64,000 nucleotides of DNA from positions 4,643 to 68,642 of the IMG/VR virus record IMGVR_UViG_2846363972_000001. One strand, given 5' to 3'. The translations under genes and the position numbers were made by a program. Within the stretch, counting starts at the first letter, position 1. Every line of letters starts with the position of its first letter. This document shows positions 39,588 through 48,797 of the stretch, one piece after another. This stretch comes from a virus. The notes below the pieces were generated by a model that searched no databases, was not told where the DNA came from, and saw only the letters and a list, made by a program, of their open reading frames with translations.

Positions 39588-40003
39588 ATGAGACGCGCTT
39601 AGAAAATGACTGGATCACAGGTGAGTGTGATATTTATGACCCTAAAGAACGTTTTATTATTGATACAAAATGTTCTTGGGATATAGGCACTCACCCGTTT
39701 TTTATTGAAGAGGCGCAAAAAAAGGCAGAAAAAGCAGGATATATCTATCAGATGCAGGGTTATATGTGGCTATTTGATTGTGATAAAGCTGATATAGATT
39801 TTTGGCTATTCCCCTGCCCTGAAAATCTGCTGGGTACTTACGATAATCCGGCCATGTTGATTGATGCGGTTGAAGATATTCCTATCGCTAAGAGGTTAAC
39901 AACGGTTACGGTAACAAGAGATGAAAAAATAATCGAAAAGATTAAAGAAAAAGTAGAAATTTGCCAGGAATATTATGACTTGCTGCTAAAACAGGTCGCA
40001 TAA
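39588..40003 (+). pseudogene. 5'-deleted phage exonuclease (PD-(D/E)XK, YqaJ-like)
   Basis: ENDWITGECDIYD...IIDTKCSWD...YQMQGYMWL; begins right after a terminator with no start codon. Confidence 0.75.
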
Positions 40004-40015
40004 AAGGATTTCATT

Positions 40016-40483
40016 ATGTCTGTTAATAAAGTAATTCTAATTGGTCGCCTTGGGCGCGACCCTGAAACACGATATATGCCCAATGGCGACGCCATAACGA
40101 ATTTCTCGCTAGCAACTGATGAACAGTGGCGTGACCGTAATGGAGAACGCCAGACTCGTACAGAGTGGCATAACGTATCCCTGTATGGGAAACTGGGAGA
40201 AATAGCTAACCAGTACTTGAGAAAAGGTAGCCAAGTGTTTGTTGAGGGCAAAATTCAGAGCCGTAAATATACCGATAAAGATGGTATCGAACGCATGGCA
40301 TACAATATTATCGGCAATGAAATGAAAATGCTGGGTAATCGTAATGATGGTTCTGATTCTGGCAATAATAACGCTGCACCACTTACATCATCGAACCCAC
40401 CACCAGCACCACATCGGCAACCGCCTCAACATGAATCTACAACCGCGCCAATAGATGATATTGATGACGATATTCCGTTTTGA
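40016..40483 (+). CDS. ssb: Single-stranded DNA-binding protein
   Basis: [27 protein letters not shown] terminus. Confidence 0.97.
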   Translation: MSVNKVILIGRLGRDPETRYMPNGDAITNFSLATDEQWRDRNGERQTRTEWHNVSLYGKLGEIANQYLRKGSQVFVEGKIQSRKYTDKDGIERMAYNIIGNEMKMLGNRNDGSDSGNNNAAPLTSSNPPPAPHRQPPQHESTTAPIDDIDDDIPF

Positions 40484-40626
40484 TTGAAAAAAATTAAATT
40501 GATCAAAATCAAAAATATTAAACCTTTTAAATATTGAAATATTTAAAGGTTTTTTTATATACTCAAAGAAATGTAAATGTAATATTATAAATATATAAAT
40601 TTTCTTATTGTGGAAAGAAAATAACT

Positions 40627-41196
40627 ATGAAAAAAATCCTTTTTTTATTATTGCTTCCAATTACCTGTTTCGCACAAAGTGAAATAAGTAATTTTTGGGA
40701 ATATGGCAATGGCACTCGGGCAATTAGTATTAGTTCCGTTATAAATGATAAAGTTGATTCATATATGATATATAAAGATGTAAAACAGGATTCAGATAGT
40801 TTTAGATTTCGTTATAGTCCAATTTTATATCTTAAGGCTGATGGTACTTACTTTTCAACGACCACTTCTGAATGTGGTAACGATTGTTTTTATTATTCGG
40901 ACGGTATCTTTAAAAAAATTGATGAAACACATATACAATTACAAATTGAAGAATCCGGGCAATCGGATTTGTGTCCGGGTGGGAAAAAAGTCAATAGAAA
41001 ACGACGAGATTTGGGTATTTTTGAAATTAAAACTGATGAAGATGATAGTATAGTAATGAAAAGACAACCCTCATTAATAATGAGGATCGAGCTGGGCGAG
41101 GTGCTCAGAGCTATAACATCATCAATGAAAGCGGCTTTTACTGACTTACATTACATAGTCACAAAACTGAGGCTAAACAGTTTAAGAAATGGGTAA
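40627..41196 (+). CDS. Secreted hypothetical protein; C-terminus probably read-through into a BRO remnant
   Basis: Signal peptide MKKILFLLLLPITCFA; the last ~40 codons overlap out-of-frame BRO-N sequence. Confidence 0.55.
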   Translation: MKKILFLLLLPITCFAQSEISNFWEYGNGTRAISISSVINDKVDSYMIYKDVKQDSDSFRFRYSPILYLKADGTYFSTTTSECGNDCFYYSDGIFKKIDETHIQLQIEESGQSDLCPGGKKVNRKRRDLGIFEIKTDEDDSIVMKRQPSLIMRIELGEVLRAITSSMKAAFTDLHYIVTKLRLNSLRNG

Positions 41197-41556
41197 CTAG
41201 TGAAGTCCTGCCCTCTATCCGTAAAACAGGCGGCTACTCTCTAACATTAAATAAGCAGCAGCAATATTTGATTAAAGAGGCTGTACTTAATAATGAATGC
41301 TGCCCAAACAGGCAAAACATATCAGTCTGTGTATAGAAGTCTCTATACCAAGTTTAAAGTACCCAGATACCAAGACATTCTTGCTAAGAATTTTGATGAG
41401 GCACTTTCATTTTTAGGTGGCTCAGTTAAGCCAATCAATAATCAGTCTGCATTATCTAATATGAATCAGGACGGACGCTGGCTGGTAATTGTCGAAAATT
41501 ACAAAGTTACATATGCAGAGAATATCAACGGTTATAACTGTATCAAGGCCGACTAA
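41085..41556 (+). pseudogene. BRO-N antirepressor remnant
   Basis: GRGAQSYNIINESGFY*LTLHSHKTEAKQFKKWVTSEVLPSIRKTGGY, then C-terminal domain shared with 10534 and 53836. Confidence 0.85.
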
Positions 41557-41643
41557 AATTATTATTTGATTCTGTAACAAAAACAAGCCAGCTAATTGCT
41601 GGCTTTTATTTTGGAGAAATTTATTTGTTGTTCTATAAAACAA

Positions 41644-41709
41644 TATAGTTGAATTATCGAACCGATATAGCTGAATTATCGAACAGGTATAGCTGGATTA
41701 TTGAACAAA
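41644..41709. repeat. Three 22-bp direct repeats TATAGyTGrATTATyGAACmrr
   Basis: Units start at 41644, 41666 and 41688. Confidence 0.8.
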
Positions 41710-41981
41710 TGTCAAACTTGATAAGGAGGCACAAAAGGGACACATTTTACTGCATTTTGAAAATATCCCTATGACAGTTTTTGGCCTCACTTTAAAATAG
41801 CTACGTTGTAACCAAAATACAAAATAAGTAATCAATATTAAATTTTTTAATATGATAAGCCGCTTTTAAGCGACTTTTTAATGGAGATTACCATGATTGG
41901 CAATTATTTAAAGGAACCAGATAAATATTTATATGGAATTTTTGTAAGTGGAGATCCTAGAAATAATAAAAATTACGTGCA

Positions 41982-43064
41982 TTGCTCTATAGAAGAAGCC
42001 ATCTTTTTTGTTTTTTTGTTCGAGATATTTTAATTTATCATACACATGAAAATATAACAGTTTATATTTATCGGAGAGAGCAAATTGTACCGAGTGAATG
42101 TAACGGGCAGCGAATACGGCAGGCTGCTGGGACTGACGACAAAAAACAAGCGAATGAATTAGCAGCTAAACATTATTATGAAATGTTTGAGGTGCAAAAG
42201 CTTGGTTATAGCCGTGAATACACATGGCGCGAATGTGTTGTTGAATGATTAAAAGAAAACCCGCATAAACAGAAGGATAAAACCACATTATCATATTTAC
42301 GCTGGCTGGATCATTTTCTTGGTATGCTCACGGTTAATCAGATTGAGCGTGTAAATATTCGCGAAATACGCGACGCTAAGCTGAATCAAGGACGTAAACC
42401 AAGGACAGTAAATGCGTATTTAAATCAAGTTAAAACTGTTTTATTAGCTGCTAATAAATGGGGATGGCTGCCTAAAGTACCAGATATTGAGATGCTCAAG
42501 GAGCCAGAACCAAGGGAGCGATGGCTTACCGCTATGGAAAAAGAAAGATTGTTCAAGGAGCTGCCAGAGCATTTAAAACCAATTGTAACTTTTGCACTGG
42601 CGACAGGTTTAAAAAGGGCGAATGTCGCAGGCTTAAAATGGTCGCAAATTGATTTATCGCGAAGGATCGCATGGATTTTTGCTACTCAGGCAAAATCATC
42701 GAAACCCATAGGAATTCCGCTAAATGATGAAGCCATGAGCGCAATTTTAAGCCAGCGAGGTAAGCATAAAACGAATGTCTTTACTTACAACGGTAAGCCA
42801 ATTAAAAACCCTGCTGGCACCGCATGGAAAAAAGCTTTAAAGCGGGCTAAGATTGAAAATTATACATTTCATGATAACCGGCATACGTGGGCGACTAATC
42901 ACGCAGTACAAGGGACACCCACCCGGCAACTAACTGAGTTAGGCGGCTGGTCCAGTGAAAAGATGGTAAAAAGATATGCGCACATGAATGTTGATCACTT
43001 AAAACAGTACGTGGCAAACTCGGCGCAATTTGACACCAAATTGACACCAGCCAAGCTTCAATAA
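41982..43064 (+). pseudogene. Tyrosine integrase with in-frame TGA at 42246-42248
   Basis: TWRECVVE*LKENP; FHDNRHTWA...GGW...KRYAH; first catalytic Arg motif reads TGLKRAN. Confidence 0.9.
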
Positions 43065-43115
43065 AAAAAGCCACAGTGCGAATGTGGCCTAAATCATTGA
43101 ATCTTTAATGTAAAT

Positions 43116-43165
43116 TGGTGGAGGTAAGCGGGATCGAACCGCTGACCTCTTGCATGCCATGCAAG
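43116..43165 (-). other. att core: 3' half of tRNA-Ala(GGC) including CCA; not a complete tRNA
   Basis: CTTGCATGGCATGCAAGAGGTCAGCGGTTCGATCCCGCTTACCTCCACCA; D-arm and 5' acceptor strand absent. Confidence 0.92.
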
Positions 43166-43295
43166 TAACCGTTAATTTAATTATTTATAATCAAATATTT
43201 ATGCTTTGTCGCTTGCCACACAAACAACAATAGCAATCAATACTTGATAATACACACCCGCGCAAAACCCGCGCAGTGATTTTGCGCCTTTTATC

Positions 43296-43459
43296 AACCG
43301 TTACGGACATCGAAACGGTTGGGTGAAATTTCTAAAATCCAGTTGTTGTGGATATCACAACGACTGAATGCAATTCACGAATTCAAGTTATGGTGGATAG
43401 CACCACAACTGATTAACCAATGCCAGAATTCAACTGTTGTGATCTCCGCAACGGTTGAA
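43296..43459. repeat. Four 25-bp palindromes (10-bp arms, 5-nt core), period 45/45/46
   Basis: Units at 43296, 43341, 43386 and 43432 with compensatory arm changes. Confidence 0.85.
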
Positions 43460-43530
43460 GATGTACGTAGTCTGCCAAATACTAAAGCAGACAATGCCAA
43501 TTTGATTAACTAAACCTGATTAACTAACCC

Positions 43531-43556
43531 AAGCCAGCTAACCGCTGGCTTTTTAA
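43531..43556 (+). terminator. Intrinsic terminator AAGCCAGC-taacc-GCTGGCTTTTT
   Basis: Hairpin plus U tract; 28 bp identical to 36783-36810. Confidence 0.75.
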
Positions 43557-43591
43557 TTGAGATTTATAGCCTGCAATAAAAAGGAATTGAA

Positions 43592-44038
43592 ATGAGTGGA
43601 CAAGTTAATTATTTAGTAGAGGCTCCTGAGTTAGGACAAGAATACTTTTATTTGTATATTGCGCGAAAACCGTTTTGTGTATTAAACAAGTGGGGAGGTA
43701 AAGATTTAGAAAAAAGATGGCTTGCCCTGCATAGAGTTTATCCAACCAAAGAGGATGTTGTTGAAAGGGCTATTGAATTCGTAAAGAACTTCTACATATC
43801 GCATAAAGAACAATTAAACTATTTGACATCTGAACCCGAAGCCGGAACCGAAGTATGGTGTAGCATGAATATGGATGGAAGTCCGCTTGACATCGCATCT
43901 GCAAATTTTGACCCTAGAACTATTCTTCACCCATACTTCTTAAATGACTTCCGGCTTTATGGAACTCGTGAGGACTTAATAAAAGACATAGATCTAATAA
44001 CCGAAGCCTTAGAAGAGGAATACAAAAAAGCTCACTAA
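43592..44038 (+). CDS. Hypothetical protein with two internal ~70-aa repeats
   Basis: NYLVEAPELGQEY...RVYPTKEDVV vs NYLTSEPEAGTEV...RLYGTREDLI; RBS AAGGA. Confidence 0.7.
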   Translation: MSGQVNYLVEAPELGQEYFYLYIARKPFCVLNKWGGKDLEKRWLALHRVYPTKEDVVERAIEFVKNFYISHKEQLNYLTSEPEAGTEVWCSMNMDGSPLDIASANFDPRTILHPYFLNDFRLYGTREDLIKDIDLITEALEEEYKKAH

Positions 44039-44167
44039 ACAGTGGGCTTTAATTTTGAACTTAGGCTAATCAATCCAAGCGCATTTAAACAAGCGTGCTT
44101 GTGTGGATTAGTAGACATGCCAGCATTAGCTGGCTTTTTTATTAGCTATAGATAAGAGGTAATCATA

Positions 44168-45247
44168 ATGTTCAATCCAGATCAACTTAAATTTGCTTTA
44201 GATCTACGCGGATTATCAAAAGCAGATCTGGCAAAAATGATGGAGGTAACACCTAGAACAATAACTAATTATCTTAAAGGAAGAAGTGAACCTGATCTAA
44301 AAACATTGGGGAGAATCTTAAAATTCTCTCCTGATTTTTTTAAAAGGGATGATTTACCTGTTATTAATGAGCATGCTGTCAGTTTCAGATCTTATGCCAG
44401 AATGCCTGCAAAATACAAAAAAATGGCTTTAAGCTATGGTGTAACTGCTTTTATTTTGGATGATTGGATTAATAAAAAGTTTGAACTAAAAACAGCAAAT
44501 CTTCCTGATTTATCCTCTCTTCCGCCTGAAACAGCCGCACAGATATTAAGGTTAGAATGGAGCTTAGGTAATAAACCTATTCCTAATCTTATTGCACTAC
44601 TGGAATCAAAAGGTATAAGAATTTTTTCTATATCTGCAAATGCGAAAGAGATAGATGCTTTTTGTGTATGGAATAATAGCACTCCTTTTATATTTCTCAA
44701 TAATCAAAAATCGGCTGAACGAAGCAGATTTGATGCGGCTCATGAATTAGGACATTTAATTCGCGATACTTCAAGTATGAAACATGATGGTTCCTTTAAT
44801 GCTAATAACAATGATGGCGAAGATACCAGGCAAATAGAAAAAGACGCTAATACTTTTGCGGCGGCATTTTTGATGCCAGAACAGGCTTTACGCCAATATC
44901 AAATTACTCAAATTAGTATTGAGCAACTTTTAAAACTAAAGGCAATATTTGGTGTATCTATTACGGCATTAGCGTCTCGGATGTATAGTTTAAATATGAT
45001 TACAGAATGGGTATATAACAGAGTATTATGCCCACAGTTCGCTCAACTGAAATACCGAACAAATGAACCAAGACCAATGAAGAAAGAAACATCAAAGGTT
45101 TGGGAAAAATTACTTCTCCTATTAGAAGAAGACAACATCTCAATAAATGATATCGCAAACCAATTAAATATACATGAAAATGACATTTCAGATTTAATAT
45201 TCAAGTTAACAAAAAACTCAAGAAATCAGCTTAGAATTGTTAAATAG
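44168..45247 (+). CDS. XRE-HTH fused to ImmA/IrrE-like metallopeptidase
   Basis: N-terminal HTH; RSRFDAAHELGH (HExxH); EKDANTFAAAFLMP. Confidence 0.92.
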   Translation: MFNPDQLKFALDLRGLSKADLAKMMEVTPRTITNYLKGRSEPDLKTLGRILKFSPDFFKRDDLPVINEHAVSFRSYARMPAKYKKMALSYGVTAFILDDWINKKFELKTANLPDLSSLPPETAAQILRLEWSLGNKPIPNLIALLESKGIRIFSISANAKEIDAFCVWNNSTPFIFLNNQKSAERSRFDAAHELGHLIRDTSSMKHDGSFNANNNDGEDTRQIEKDANTFAAAFLMPEQALRQYQITQISIEQLLKLKAIFGVSITALASRMYSLNMITEWVYNRVLCPQFAQLKYRTNEPRPMKKETSKVWEKLLLLLEEDNISINDIANQLNIHENDISDLIFKLTKNSRNQLRIVK

Positions 45248-45288
45248 ATTGTAGTCCCCCTCTCACCCAAGTATGTTTAAGCCAGCAT

Positions 45289-45852
45289 CTAGCTGGCTTT
45301 ACTTTTTAATAACTGAGCCTCATTAGTACTGAGTTTCCCAGAAGAAGTTAGAACAGGGAGCACATATCGACCAGGTAAAGGAGATGATTTAACTGCTTTA
45401 CCAGACCATATGCTAGGCCAGTAATAACCTGTTACCCTACTTCGTGAAAAAGCGGCAATTTTGACCTCGTCCCCCTGATTACCGCCCAGTACCATCAAAT
45501 TGTTTTTTGCATCTACGCCCACAACAAAACCAACATGACCGCCACCCTGCCTGGTAAAGGTAACAATACAGCCATATGCGGGTTTATCCAGCTTGGTCAT
45601 TAATTGAGCATTATCCCATTCTCTGGCTCTGAACCAGTTTTTGACCACATACCGACTAGTTTCACCCAAACAATGCCCGACAAATAAGCCGCACCATGGT
45701 GTCTCATCATCACGCCACCATGCTTTGCTTTCCGTACCGTACTTCCCCATATCATCAAGCCATTTTATGATTGTCGGGTTATGTTTAGCGCCTTTAATCT
45801 CACGTAACCCGATGTATTTACGTGCTTCACTAATCCATGATAATTCATTCAT
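45289..45852 (-). CDS. Endolysin, TIGR02594/NlpC-like
   Basis: WISEARKYIG.REI.G, DETPWCGLFV, GGGHVGFVVG, VLGGNQ. Confidence 0.9.
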   Translation of the reverse strand: MNELSWISEARKYIGLREIKGAKHNPTIIKWLDDMGKYGTESKAWWRDDETPWCGLFVGHCLGETSRYVVKNWFRAREWDNAQLMTKLDKPAYGCIVTFTRQGGGHVGFVVGVDAKNNLMVLGGNQGDEVKIAAFSRSRVTGYYWPSIWSGKAVKSSPLPGRYVLPVLTSSGKLSTNEAQLLKSKAS

Positions 45853-46202
45853 TGCTAAACCTTTCATGCATAAAAAAAGCAGCCAGAACGGCTGCTGTGT
45901 ATAGACTATTTACATTTATTAATGTATTATTAAATTTAATCCCCTTTATTTCATTTAAAGCCCTCAAATACTCCTCCGCATTGAGGGTATTTTTTTGACA
46001 TAAAAAAGCCAGCATTTAGCCGGCTTGAATCTGTTACACAATCAAATCACTATAAACATTAGATACTAAAACAGGGTGGTACCCAAATCGTCCATATTTA
46101 CTCCTAACTATTTGATAATTATAAATTTAGGGTGGTACCCAAACCTATGCATCATAGCAGTTGATTGCGTAACAGAATCAAGTTAGCCTACCAGCCGGCA
46201 CC

Positions 46203-46535
46203 TTATTTCTGCTTATCATCTGTATCGCCGATTATCTTCTCTGCCCTGTTACACACAGCATTAATCAGTTTTTTAGCCATCTTAGGCGCAGTTGCTTTGA
46301 ATGCGTCTAACAGAGATTTAGAAGCCATTCCGGCAAATACACCGGCACCAGCAAACAGCCACGGGTGATCCTGTGTAAAGAAATACTCTGTTACTGCGGC
46401 TGAAAAAACCATCCCTATAATGATGAATGTCACGGTGAGCATTACCCCATAGCGTCGATAATCAGATACTACCAGCGAGCCGAGAAAGCCGCCGGCAAGG
46501 GCGAAACAGTTGGACAGTGTAAAAACTTCATTCAT
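46203..46535 (-). CDS. Putative holin
   Basis: Three TM segments; lysis cassette. Confidence 0.65.
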   Translation of the reverse strand: MNEVFTLSNCFALAGGFLGSLVVSDYRRYGVMLTVTFIIIGMVFSAAVTEYFFTQDHPWLFAGAGVFAGMASKSLLDAFKATAPKMAKKLINAVCNRAEKIIGDTDDKQK

Positions 46536-47011
46536 TATTTCCCGCCTTTTTTATCTTCTGCCTGTTGCGTGTTTTTAATCAGATTCCTGCCGGCCAGTGC
46601 GCAAATGATGGCAATCAGCGGGTATGTGGTCATGCCTGTGGACAGTGGCGGATAGGCGGCGATAAACGTTCCGGATATCACAAACCAGATCAGCGCCGAC
46701 CACAGCAGGCAGCAACCGGACAGAATATTGCTGCGGCTGGAATGACAAAAGGCAGTAAATAACTGCCCGATAGCAACCATAATTAAAATGGTCACAAACA
46801 CCTTAGGATATAAATGCGGGAATTTGCCGTACAGATCCTCCTTGATTATCTCGTCACCATGCAGGCCGAACACCAGCGCAAAACCCAGCATAGCGAATCC
46901 GTTCAGTACTTCGATTATTCTCGTGCCGGTACCGAATAACCAGTTTTGCAGTTTGTCCGGTAAAAACCGGAAGTCCAGTAACCAGTAAAACCATTTAATC
47001 GCTTTTGTCAT
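46535..47011 (-). CDS. Putative holin/antiholin membrane protein
   Basis: Four TM segments; copy of 1304-1780. Confidence 0.6.
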   Translation of the reverse strand: MTKAIKWFYWLLDFRFLPDKLQNWLFGTGTRIIEVLNGFAMLGFALVFGLHGDEIIKEDLYGKFPHLYPKVFVTILIMVAIGQLFTAFCHSSRSNILSGCCLLWSALIWFVISGTFIAAYPPLSTGMTTYPLIAIICALAGRNLIKNTQQAEDKKGGK

Positions 47012-47077
47012 AACATATTTACTCCATAAAAAAAGCTGCCCGCAGGCAGCCTGTATTGTTTAAATCACTGATTAAAA

Positions 47078-48166
47078 TTATCCGTTCGGCAATGGTCTCT
47101 CTTTACCGCTGTCACCGCTGTCCGGGTCTGGCGGCGGCGGGTAAATCACATTATTACCATCGCCATTGTTGCCGCCATTACCGATGCCGCCGTTGCCGAT
47201 ACCGCCGTTACCGATACCGTTGTTATCGTTGCCATTGCCATTGTTGCCATTGTTGCCATTGTTATCGTTGCTGTTGTTATCTCCGTTACCGATGCCACTG
47301 CCCGGGTTTGGCGGCACTTCGGGCGCAATCACATTAATAAACATCTTCATCAGTTCGCCGCCGGTTTCAAATTCGGTGAAGGGCGTGCCAATATCTTCGC
47401 TATCATCGTATTTGTCCAGAATGGCGCCGAACTCCTCGCCGCTTAGCGGGCTTTTAAATACCTGCACATCACAGACAGCCCCGTTAAACGGGTAAATTTT
47501 CGCGTCTTCATAATAGGCCATCTCCCAGTTTGTGAGACTGAATATCCGGAATTGATCAAATTGCTGCAGCGGCAAGATGTTCACTTCTTCATACTCGCCA
47601 TTGACATATACACCAGCCAACCCTGCATCGGCATTGCTGCAAAAATTAAACCCGATACTCGCCCACTGGTCGCTGTCATTGATGTAAATGCCGGTTTCAG
47701 TTTTCCTGATATTGTCCTCATCATTCAGCGCCATGTAATAGGTGATGAGCTGGTAATTTTTAACCGCAATCATTAGCTTTTCACTGTTGCGGCCTTTCTG
47801 GCTGTACAGCACACACAGCAGCATTGAGCTATCCGGAAATTGTCCCGGCTTAATACGCATGGTTAGCGCGTTGCCAAACAGTCCGGAGGCATTGACTGAG
47901 TCATCAGATGGGTAATTATCATCATTGCGGTAGCTGTTAAGCAGCAATGCGTTTTGATTATCAATGATTTTATATATTCCCTCTGTCTGCTCGATATCGT
48001 CGTATGCCAGCAGATTTCGCCCGGTTAGCTGATCTATCCAGACGCAGTTATTATCATATTCGGCAGCGGTAAACGGCAGGACGGTTACCGGCTCAGGCTT
48101 AACTACACCTAGTGGCAGGTAATACCGCCAGCCATGATGGGCATAGATTTTCACAAATACGCTCAT
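47078..48166 (-). CDS. Tail/receptor-binding protein with LamG-like domain and Gly/Asn-rich tail
   Basis: GVYVNG...FNGAVCDVQVFKSPLS motif; (GNN/GIGNG)n between Pro-rich brackets. Confidence 0.55.
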   Translation of the reverse strand: MSVFVKIYAHHGWRYYLPLGVVKPEPVTVLPFTAAEYDNNCVWIDQLTGRNLLAYDDIEQTEGIYKIIDNQNALLLNSYRNDDNYPSDDSVNASGLFGNALTMRIKPGQFPDSSMLLCVLYSQKGRNSEKLMIAVKNYQLITYYMALNDEDNIRKTETGIYINDSDQWASIGFNFCSNADAGLAGVYVNGEYEEVNILPLQQFDQFRIFSLTNWEMAYYEDAKIYPFNGAVCDVQVFKSPLSGEEFGAILDKYDDSEDIGTPFTEFETGGELMKMFINVIAPEVPPNPGSGIGNGDNNSNDNNGNNGNNGNGNDNNGIGNGGIGNGGIGNGGNNGDGNNVIYPPPPDPDSGDSGKERPLPNG

Positions 48167-48747
48167 ATTTCCCTCGCTAAGCGGCTGGCATTCAGGAATG
48201 CCGGTAATTCGTCGATAGTGTCAATGCCTTTAAACTCCAGCAGCATTTCGTCGCCGTCTTTCATGTTGACAATCACAACCGGCAAGTCTTCGGATTCATC
48301 TGTAACGGGCAACAATACCTGATTGCGTCCGTTCGATGCGTCAATTTCCAGGGCGTTTAACTGGTCGTTAATTGCGTCTTCACGCTCAATAACAACCGTT
48401 CCGCCGTCGTTACGAAAGCTGGCAGCAGTCGCCGCACACAGCACCTGTGTGCCTGCCGGCCATGCGCTGCATGCAGTACCTTCCATGCCGGCACGCCAGA
48501 TGGATAATTTCCCGCCGTCGTTACAGATGTCTATCAGTTCATAGCTTGCCCCGTCCATACTCTGTAAGGTCAGGCGCATGTAATGCTCAGGGCTGGACTG
48601 GTTGTAACAGCGTGGCAATACGGTGGTTATTTTTTTGGTTGCGCTTTCATCTAAGACTAACCGGGTAAGTTGTTTATCCTCGGCCAGTGCTTCTAGCAGC
48701 GATGCATTAAAGTTATTGATATAGTGTTTCATGTTTGTACCAAACAA
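48163..48747 (-). CDS. Tail-associated protein
   Basis: INNF...L, RAGMEGT.CSAWPAGT pattern typical of fibre N-termini. Confidence 0.5.
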   Translation of the reverse strand: MFGTNMKHYINNFNASLLEALAEDKQLTRLVLDESATKKITTVLPRCYNQSSPEHYMRLTLQSMDGASYELIDICNDGGKLSIWRAGMEGTACSAWPAGTQVLCAATAASFRNDGGTVVIEREDAINDQLNALEIDASNGRNQVLLPVTDESEDLPVVIVNMKDGDEMLLEFKGIDTIDELPAFLNASRLAREI

Positions 48748-48797
48748 TATTATCTGCCTCTTTTGAAAGATTCAGATTACCTGTGGATATTGAGTAT

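Larger units (their letters stand above)
1..43165. mobile_element. Prophage 1, contractile-tailed (myovirus-type), defective; left end outside window
   Basis: Gene order int, ssb, cI/cro, Q-like, terminase, portal, capsid, sheath, tube, TMP, baseplate, fibre, lysis; bounded by a tRNA-Ala fragment; more than 10 inactivating lesions. Confidence 0.95.

Noticed and set aside
43116-43165. Functional tRNA-Ala gene
   Set aside because: Only the anticodon arm to CCA is present; the D-arm and 5' acceptor strand are missing
43300-43400. CsrA/RsmA sponge RNA (GGA near loops)
   Set aside because: Only one unit has ANGGA, the GG is partly in the stem, and the fourth unit lacks it
43296-43459. CRISPR array
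   Set aside because: Units are divergent, one appears inverted, spacers are only 19-20 nt and partly similar, and there are no cas genes; kept as an unexplained array
43319-43513. 64-aa ORF over the palindrome array
   Set aside because: Non-ATG start, no clear RBS, and the 46-bp period breaks codon phase; periodicity is better explained by the DNA repeats
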